Part shown: piece after piece, positions 57,219-64,000 of the stretch
Numbering within the stretch: position 1 is the first letter of the stretch
Layout: the number at the start of each line of letters is the position of its first letter
Assembly: GCA_963720265.1 (NCBI GenBank)
Contig: CAVRET010000002.1
Location: forward strand, 584,704-648,703
DNA length: 64,000 nt
Source: an uncultured bacterium
GTDB lineage: Bacteria > Patescibacteriota > Saccharimonadia > UBA4664
Direction: 5' to 3'
Notes under the pieces: generated by a model
Databases searched by the model: none
What the model was told of the DNA's origin: nothing
Seen by the model: only the letters and a program-made list of their open reading frames with translations
Translations under genes and position numbers: made by a program

Positions 57219-57548
57219 ATGCCAATCATTCGCATCGAATACGACCCCGACAAAATTTCAGCCGAGCAAATCACGCACCTAGCCCTTGAGGTTGTGTCAT
57301 ATACTCGGGAAGTTACCGGCATACCCGAAACGTACGCCTGGGCCAATGCCTCGCAAATCCGGATCGACATTGATCCGGTTGATATCTTTATTGAGCTTTC
57401 GGCCCACAAGGTGCCAGATGGCGACGCCAGCAAACTCTCAAAGCCAATCGCTGCCAAAATCAAGCAGTGGAAGGCCGACCACAACTTTCACCACCCCATC
57501 AACTTAACAGTAACACCGGTGAACTGGCAGCTCGAAATCGGCATTTAG
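57219..57548 (+). CDS. tautomerase-family-like small protein (Pro1 N-terminus)
   Basis: MPIIRIEYDPDKISAEQITHLALEVVSYTREVTGIPE resembles the 4-OT/tautomerase beta-alpha-beta start. The ORF-track extension from 56943 overlaps alaS in another frame and is spurious. Confidence 0.4.
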   Translation: MPIIRIEYDPDKISAEQITHLALEVVSYTREVTGIPETYAWANASQIRIDIDPVDIFIELSAHKVPDGDASKLSKPIAAKIKQWKADHNFHHPINLTVTPVNWQLEIGI

Positions 57549-58069
57549 CCAACGCCAACAATCACTACCCCACATAAAAAAGGAAGGCCGGCTCTGTCGC
57601 AAGGACAGGCCGGCTTCGTCCGTAGAGGAAAAGTATGTGGGACCCGCGAGCGCAGGGCCGCAGGCAGTGTTGAGGCATGGGCGGTTTTTGGAGCAATACG
57701 CGGTTAGTCCGCGCTCCAGCCGCTCACCGGGCAGGTTCGTTCGAACGATCGACGACACTTACCCCAAGGTTGTTGTGTGTGCTTATTATCGTGAACGGCC
57801 GACAAACCATCATCGGCAAAAAGCTAGGCGCTTTCCAAACCGTTCTATTGGCACACCTCGTTTGTGCGAACATATCCAGTGGCCCGCAGCCGTTGGCCCC
57901 AAACGGGCTCCACCATACAAAGCTGGTGGTCATGGCTGCGTAGCCAACACAAACGAAAAACCTTACCTCTTACTACACCTCCAACGAACGCCGGCATTAA
58001 ACCATAAACTCCCCGGATATTCAATGGCTGTCAGGCAAACACAAGCTTGTTATAATCAGATTAACGAAC

Positions 58070-58723
58070 ATGAGGCAAGGGCTGGGCGTGGCGTGGGGGT
58101 CTATTAAACTATGGGTCGTTGTTGCCGTTGTCCTTGGGCTCGGCTTTGTTGCCTCGGCTTATCTCAATTTTTACCAGTACCAGCAGGCCAACCAGGAACA
58201 ATCCCAGCTGCAAGGCCAAATTACCGATCTGACCTATCAGGTGAAACAGGATCACCTGCCCGGCGGCGACGCTTATTCGCCCTCGCCGAGCCCTGCTGCT
58301 AATTCTGGTTCAAGCGCAAGCCCGAGTCCTTCGCCGAGCCCCTCACCGTCCGTAGCCGGTACGGCCAGCATTAAAATTAGCCAATTCGGCGTCAACTTCA
58401 CCGTTTCCGATCCAATCGTTGACCTCACCTATGCTCCGACCGAATCCGGTGGGCTAATCGTCGCCGGCCTCACGACTCAAAGTTTGCTCGCAAAATACCC
58501 CGGTTGCACTCCGTCCAACGCCGCTCTTGGCATGTTGGTGCGCAGGCCCACGGGTGAAACCGCTCCTTCGCACGACAAACTCGTTAAAAATCTTGGTGGC
58601 TATAGCTTTTATTATGTGGCGCCCTTAGGCTATTGCACCTCCGACTCAGCCGGCCGCAATATTATCGCCGCCGACTCCGCCGCGCTCTCTGGCACTGCGC
58701 TGGCAACATTGGAGAGCGACTAG
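58070..58723 (+). CDS. hypothetical exported protein with an SPSPSP linker
   Basis: N-terminal TM/signal; PSPSPAANSGSSASPSPSPSPSPS. Confidence 0.4.
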   Translation: MRQGLGVAWGSIKLWVVVAVVLGLGFVASAYLNFYQYQQANQEQSQLQGQITDLTYQVKQDHLPGGDAYSPSPSPAANSGSSASPSPSPSPSPSVAGTASIKISQFGVNFTVSDPIVDLTYAPTESGGLIVAGLTTQSLLAKYPGCTPSNAALGMLVRRPTGETAPSHDKLVKNLGGYSFYYVAPLGYCTSDSAGRNIIAADSAALSGTALATLESD

Positions 58724-58782
58724 CAATCAGTTGCGCCACTGTCCGCAGCGACGTAAGCTGGTGAAGTGAACGAAGGGCAGGC

Positions 58783-59073
58783 ATGCACAACTCCCGCAAA
58801 CTTATCACGCTACTCTGGATAGTCATCGCCGTGCTCGTGGTCGGCGGTGGCATAGCGGCCTTTCTGTTGATTCATAAAGTCAACGATCTCGAGAGCAATA
58901 ATTCTGACCTCAACAGCGACGTCTCGGATTTGCGCAGCCAACTCCAACAAGCGCAAACCACGCCATCACCCACGCCTACTCCCAGCCTGACGCCGACACC
59001 GTCACCCAAGCCCGCTGCCACGCCTACGCCGGCCGCCAAAGCAACCACTCCAACGCCGGTGCCAAAGGGCTAA
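58783..59073 (+). CDS. small membrane protein with a coiled segment and PT-rich tail
   Basis: TM helix LITLLWIVIAVLVVGGGIAAFLL; TPSPTPTPSLTPTPSPKPAATPTPAAKATTPTP. Confidence 0.4.
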   Translation: MHNSRKLITLLWIVIAVLVVGGGIAAFLLIHKVNDLESNNSDLNSDVSDLRSQLQQAQTTPSPTPTPSLTPTPSPKPAATPTPAAKATTPTPVPKG

Positions 59074-59155
59074 CGACCAGGCAGCCACTGGGCCTAGGTG
59101 TTTGGCGCCCCGCACCATAAGCGCTACAATTGCAAGGTAACTGCACACATAGGTC

Positions 59156-60448
59156 ATGGCCACCAAATTGATTGAAAAACTTGCAAAGCTACGTCAGCCC
59201 GGCAGTAGTCAGCGCTATCTGGTAGCACTCGATATTGGTACCGAATTCGTGAAAGCGCTCATCGGCGAGGTCAAGTTTGATCCCGCTTCGGGTGCACCGT
59301 CGCAGGTCGAAATCATTGGCGTCGGCCGCCAACGCCAACGCCTTACCGATATGCAAGGCGGTGCCGTTACCGACATTACCGGTGTGGTCGAAAATTGTGA
59401 CGCCGCGCTCAAACTAGCCGAACGCATGGCCGGAGTGGTGGCCAAAGACGTGGTCATCGGAATCGCCGGCGAGCTGGTGAAAGGCGCCTCCACGATCGTC
59501 CGCTACCGCCGCGCCCAACCCAGTACACCCATTGACATGCCGGAGCTGCGCAAAATCCTCGACCGCGTCCAATATCGCGCTTTTGAGCGCGCCAGAGAGC
59601 AACTCACCTGGGAAACAGGCTACAAAGAGCTCGAGGTGAAGCTCGTCAACACCGCCATCGTTGATGTCCAGATCGACGGCTACCGTGTTACCAACCCCAT
59701 TGGCTTCCAGGGCAAAGATGTCTCCATTCAGCTTTTCAACGCCTTCGCCCCCATGGTCCATCTTGGTGCGCTCCAAACTGTCGCCGCTGACCTCGACCTC
59801 AACCTTATTAATATCGCGGCCGAGCCGTTTGCTGTGGCCAAATCCGTCGGCGGCCAGGACACTAGTGAGTTCTCGGCCATCTTTATCGACATCGGCGGCG
59901 GCACCACCGACATCGCGCTCGTCAATAACGGGGGAGTGGAAGGCACCAAAATGTTCGCTATCGGCGGCCGAGCCTTTACCAAGCGCATCGCCCAGGTAGC
60001 CAACATTAGTTTTGAAAAAGCCGAAGAAATGAAAATCGCTTATGGCACGGAAAAGCTTGGTCCGAAATCAGTGTCTGCGGTCGAAGAGGCCGTTAATGCC
60101 GACATACAGGTCTGGCTATCCGGTGTAGAATTGAGTCTCGCCGAATTCGACCGCGTCGACCACCTGCCGGCCAAAATCCTGCTCTGCGGCGGCGGCACTG
60201 GCCTGCCCCAGATCGTGGCCGCACTCAAGGGCAAAAATTGGTACAAAAACCTGCCGTTTGCCAGAAAGCCGGTCGTCAACCACATCTCGCCTTCAGAAGT
60301 TAACCGCGTTATCGACAAAACCGGCAAGCTCACGAGCTTTGCCGACATCACGCCGATGGGTCTGGCCAACCTCGGTCTTGACCAAGTCGGCGGCGAAACC
60401 ACCACCGACACCCTCATGCGCAAACTCGCCCGCGCCATCGCTAATTAA
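59156..60448 (+). CDS. ftsA: cell division protein FtsA (actin-like ATPase)
   Basis: LVALDIGTEFVKALIGEV, IGVGRQ, VIGIAGELVKG, IFIDIGGGTTDIALV, LCGGGTGLPQI. Confidence 0.7.
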   Translation: MATKLIEKLAKLRQPGSSQRYLVALDIGTEFVKALIGEVKFDPASGAPSQVEIIGVGRQRQRLTDMQGGAVTDITGVVENCDAALKLAERMAGVVAKDVVIGIAGELVKGASTIVRYRRAQPSTPIDMPELRKILDRVQYRAFERAREQLTWETGYKELEVKLVNTAIVDVQIDGYRVTNPIGFQGKDVSIQLFNAFAPMVHLGALQTVAADLDLNLINIAAEPFAVAKSVGGQDTSEFSAIFIDIGGGTTDIALVNNGGVEGTKMFAIGGRAFTKRIAQVANISFEKAEEMKIAYGTEKLGPKSVSAVEEAVNADIQVWLSGVELSLAEFDRVDHLPAKILLCGGGTGLPQIVAALKGKNWYKNLPFARKPVVNHISPSEVNRVIDKTGKLTSFADITPMGLANLGLDQVGGETTTDTLMRKLARAIAN

Positions 60449-60784
60449 GCAAATATAAAGTCTCATAACACACGCCCCGCCTTCCGGCCGGGCGCATGTC
60501 CAAGCGGAAAACGGGGAAATCGCAGGAGGCCCGGCGCCTACGCAGGGCGGCGGCGTTGGGTGTAAAAGCCAAAAGCACAATTCGCACCCATAAACAGGAA
60601 CGAAAGGTGCCCGGTGATGAAGTGCCAGAAGCCAATCAGTACAGCCTCCCACAGGGGCGCACCCAGCTGCGACGACTGAGTGGGCGGGGCCCACACCTGT
60701 GCGGTGGTATTGGCGGACGACTCCGTGTTTGTGTTGCCCAAATCAACACTGGTCGTGTTGTTGGTAACGGTGACCACGCCTACC

Positions 60785-61168
60785 TCAGCGGCCGGTTGGC
60801 CGTCGGGCGTTGTGCCGGTGATGCGGCCTATGCACACCTGCACCAGCGTGGACTGCCGAGGCGGCTGGAACGACCACAAGTCTCCAAGGGCCCGGCGCCA
60901 AGGTGACATCCTGGAGTTGGCTGGAAGTCCCGGCCAGTACATGCGCCGGTTTGTAACCCGGGAGCATCCTGAACGTCACAGACTGGCGTGACAGTGCATA
61001 GCTGAACATCGAAGTCCTGCCGGTCATCGGACTTCCGGTTATGTGCAACGCAAAACTCACCTGACCCGCACCGCATTCGGCTTCACCGGCTAGGGCCGGT
61101 CGAGCCGCGCCAAGGATTACTCCGATTGCGACCAGCGGTATCGGCAACACCCAACCCCAGCGCCTCAT
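60785..61168 (-). CDS. possible small secreted protein
   Basis: Signal-peptide-like N-terminus MRRWGWVLPIPLVAIGVILGAARPALAGEAE; sits in a GC-rich region where spurious ORFs are common. Confidence 0.2.
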   Translation of the reverse strand: MRRWGWVLPIPLVAIGVILGAARPALAGEAECGAGQVSFALHITGSPMTGRTSMFSYALSRQSVTFRMLPGYKPAHVLAGTSSQLQDVTLAPGPWRLVVVPAASAVHAGAGVHRPHHRHNARRPTGR

Positions 61169-61763
61169 AGCGCCTCCTCTTCGGTGCTAGTGCTATTCGA
61201 GAAGAATCACAGATTATAGTAGCACGCCGCAGGATCAGCCTGACTATTGGGTCAAAAATTAAGACAAAATTTTAGACCCAGCCCAGGAGTCGCAAGATCG
61301 CGACTCCTGGACATGGGCCTGTACACCGACTGCAAGGCCACAAGGCCGTCCCGGTGTTGACACCCGGGCGGGCGATGAGACACGCACGCCGGCGACAATG
61401 AAGCGTGCAATCAAGCGCGCTCAAAACTCTGTGCCGCCTGGGCCGATGCGGACAAACTCCTGCCCGCATCTGGTTGAGAAGCCCGGCGACTCCCCGCCTG
61501 TTAAGGTGGAAGTATTATGGAGATGCCGCCGTCAGGCCGGGTGCGGCGACGGCCTTGCGGCCTTAACCTGACGGCCCCGGCTAGCAGCCGGACGAAATCC
61601 AGCTGCGCACCTCCCGATGGTAGCGCGACCGAACTCCTGGCATCCCCTCCGGGGCGCCGGAAACACATCCGAGATTGATCAGCGCTAGATGCAGCGTGAT
61701 CCACTTGCCTGCGACAAGTGCTCCTGCATCCGCGGAGTGTTTCTGATTCGGCACCTAAAGTAG

Positions 61764-61798
61764 CGAGGGCACGCGTCCCGCTTGCGCGTGCCCTCGCC
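61764..61798. repeat. perfect 13-bp inverted repeat GCGAGGGCACGCG-N9-CGCGTGCCCTCGC (stable hairpin, no U-tract)
   Basis: Read directly from the sequence; one of several hairpins in the 60.45-61.9 kb non-coding stretch. Confidence 0.5.
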
Positions 61799-61913
61799 TT
61801 CATGCTAGCACGAAAATTGCACCCGTAAAGATAAAAACAAAATCCGGTGCTCGCAACACCAGCTAGAGCGTCAAGCACAAGCACGGTCGCGCCAATTATG
61901 GTAGGCTTAGAGC

Positions 61914-63626
61914 ATGCAGGATTCTGCACTCTACCTCGAAGCCGACGAAGACATTACCTCCGCCATCGATAAGCTCAGCAAAGCCCCCGGCAATGCTGTG
62001 CAGATTGTGGTACCCAAGCGCTCAACCATGCTGCAAAGCATTATTAATCTAAAGCTGCTCAAGAAGGCTGCCGAGTCTCACCATAAGAATCTTGTACTCG
62101 TTACTGGTGACAAAATCGCCTCTGAGTTGGCTTCACGCGTGGGTCTGGCCGTAGCGCCCAGCCTAGGCGCCAAAGCCGTGCTTGGCGCTGCCGAAACTCC
62201 AGCCAAATTACAAACGAACGAAGAGGTGATCGAGGCCGATGACCCCCCGCCACCACCCCCGGCACCGGAGCCGACCCCTCCAAAGCCAAAAGGCCCACCG
62301 CTACTAAGGCGCCGCGAGCTCTCAGACACACCGGCACCTCCGCCGCCGTCTCCAGCTGGACCCGAACCCGAGCCGGCCGAGTCACCGTCCACGGATGCTA
62401 AACCGGCTGCGGCGAAGTCGAGCGGAGCAAGCGTACCGAAGATCCCGAATTTCAATATTTTCCAAAAGCGCCTCGGCTGGGTTGCGCTGGTGGTGGTCGT
62501 TATTATCGCGTACTTCGTCTTTATGGCGTTTTTCACCAGCGCCAAGGTTACGCTCTACGCCCAAGGCACCCAATCAACTATTGATACGAGTTTCGCAATT
62601 GATACATCTGCGCAAACCTCCGACTCGGCCAATGCCGTACTGGCCGGCCGCACGATTTCCGCCAGCAAGGATCTTTCCGGACCGTTTACGCCCACAGGCA
62701 CGCAAGACGTCGGTACCAAAGCCTCGGGCACCATGACGATCTTCAACTCGTACGACGAAAACCCGCACACGCTGGTGTCCGGCACACGCTTCCAGGCGCC
62801 CGACGGCACGGTCTTTCTCTCAACAGCCGATGCCACAGTGCCGGGTGCAACACTGAGCTTGTCCGGCGGCCATGTCTCGCTCAATCCAGGCCAAACCACG
62901 GTAAACGTCCAGGCTTCGGCCAATGGGGCTAACTTCAATGAATCCCCAGCTAGCTACACCATCCCCGGTCTCCCGGCCAGCGAGCAGTCGCAGCAAAACG
63001 GCATCTATGCCACCGGCGCTCAGATGTCTGGTGGTACCACCAAAACGATTACAGTTGTGGCCCAGTCCGACGTCAGCACCGCGCAAGCTGCCCTACTGCA
63101 AAAAGACGCCGGTAATGCCGGCTCCGAACTCAAGGCCGCCCTACCCAACGGTTACACCGAAATTGTTGCCTCCCAGTCCAGCTCCGCCTCGGCTGTAACC
63201 CCGTCGCCGGCTGTTGGCCAGCAGGCTGATACTGCCACGCTACAGCTCAAGGTTACTTACACCGTGCTAGCCGTCAAAACCAGCGATTACCAGGCCTTTG
63301 TAAATGCCGCCGAGCAAAAACAAATCGGCGCAAACAACCAGATTTACGACAACGGCCTCGGCTCGGCGCAACTCACATCGACCGGCCAAGATAGTTCCGG
63401 CCGCCCCACCTTCCACCTCAACACCACGGCCTTTAGCGGCGCCAAACTCAGCACCACGCAAGTCGCCTCGCAAATCAAAGGCAAGCGCTATGGCGACGCC
63501 GCCAGTTACGCCTCCGGCCTGCCGGGCGTGCAGCAAGCCACCATTAGCATCTGGCCGGCCTGGGCCTCGAGCTTACCTTCGAGCACGGGCAAAATTAAGG
63601 TTGTAATCCAAATCGCCAAACAATAG
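61914..63626 (+). CDS. hypothetical single-pass membrane protein: cytoplasmic N-domain, poly-Pro linker, TM, large extracellular S/T/G-rich domain
   Basis: 570 aa; DDPPPPPPAPEPTPPKPKGPP; TM helix LGWVALVVVVIIAYFVFMAFF. Confidence 0.45.
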   Translation: MQDSALYLEADEDITSAIDKLSKAPGNAVQIVVPKRSTMLQSIINLKLLKKAAESHHKNLVLVTGDKIASELASRVGLAVAPSLGAKAVLGAAETPAKLQTNEEVIEADDPPPPPPAPEPTPPKPKGPPLLRRRELSDTPAPPPPSPAGPEPEPAESPSTDAKPAAAKSSGASVPKIPNFNIFQKRLGWVALVVVVIIAYFVFMAFFTSAKVTLYAQGTQSTIDTSFAIDTSAQTSDSANAVLAGRTISASKDLSGPFTPTGTQDVGTKASGTMTIFNSYDENPHTLVSGTRFQAPDGTVFLSTADATVPGATLSLSGGHVSLNPGQTTVNVQASANGANFNESPASYTIPGLPASEQSQQNGIYATGAQMSGGTTKTITVVAQSDVSTAQAALLQKDAGNAGSELKAALPNGYTEIVASQSSSASAVTPSPAVGQQADTATLQLKVTYTVLAVKTSDYQAFVNAAEQKQIGANNQIYDNGLGSAQLTSTGQDSSGRPTFHLNTTAFSGAKLSTTQVASQIKGKRYGDAASYASGLPGVQQATISIWPAWASSLPSSTGKIKVVIQIAKQ

Positions 63627-63635
63627 GGGGACGGC

Positions 63636-64000
63636 ATGCGCAAATTCCTTGGTATTGATTATGGTGCTCGCCGCATCGGACTAGCCGTGGGCGACGACGA
63701 AACAAAGCTCGCCCGCCCGCTCGCAACCGTTGGCGCACCCGAGCTGGCTGACACGATTAAGCGCGAAGGCCCATTCGCCGCCGTGGTGGTGGGCCTGCCG
63801 CGCAATCTCGACGGCGCCGACACGCCGCAGACCCTGGCCGTCCGCCGTTTCACCGACGACGTCCTCTGGCGCACGCATCACATCGAGGCTGTTTACCAGG
63901 ATGAAGCCGCCACCTCTCAGGTCGCGGAAGAGCAGCTCAAAGAGTCGGGCAAGCCCTACACCAAGGCCGATATCGACGCCGAAGCTGCCACCATCATTTT
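63636..64000 (+). CDS. ruvX: putative pre-16S rRNA nuclease / Holliday-junction-resolvase-like YqgF (RuvX); 5' part only, continues past the window end
   Basis: MRKFLGIDYGARRIGLAVGD...VVVGLPRNLDG; no stop before the window edge. Confidence 0.6.
   Translation, partial: MRKFLGIDYGARRIGLAVGDDETKLARPLATVGAPELADTIKREGPFAAVVVGLPRNLDGADTPQTLAVRRFTDDVLWRTHHIEAVYQDEAATSQVAEEQLKESGKPYTKADIDAEAATII

Noticed and set aside
60496-60906. 136-aa ORF downstream of ftsA that might have been ftsZ or another dcw gene.
   Set aside because: The sequence is Arg/Gly-rich with no tubulin GGGTGTG signature or any recognisable fold. It overlaps antisense ORFs and is likely non-coding.

Overview
This is a 64 kb window from a high-GC (roughly 57-60 %), probably small-genome bacterium. 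It is compactly organised, with frequent 4-nt ATGA/GTGA start-stop overlaps between consecutive genes. Several proline/serine/threonine-rich linker proteins are present.

The second half, about 24-64 kb, is mostly housekeeping. It carries pyk, pgk and tpiA, a UvrD/PcrA helicase with an intein, pyrH, rsmA/ksgA, metG, tatD, a cysteine desulfurase, mnmA, a short alaS, ftsA and a partial ruvX/yqgF. Interspersed are envelope and secreted proteins: a G5-transglycosylase, two CvpA fusions, an S8/S53 peptidase, a dockerin-GH16 enzyme, a DUF218 protein and two peptidase E copies.

The first third, about 0.3-21.7 kb, is accessory-like. It contains a block of GC-rich hypothetical genes, a tRNA-Glu(UUC), and about 1.4 kb with no convincing coding frame. 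The main feature is two paralogous cassettes, each a SipW-cognate TasA/camelysin-like secreted protein followed by a SipW-type signal peptidase I with a C-terminal extension. These cassettes bracket a lower-GC patch that carries a replication-relaxation family gene, and an 840-aa protein built from four DUF4082-like repeats. I interpret this as a possible SipW-dependent surface fibre or matrix module joined to a mobile-element remnant.

No rRNA and no CRISPR array were seen. One intein in UvrD helicase motif III is listed as a mobile element. One peptidase E copy appears frameshifted near its 3' end.
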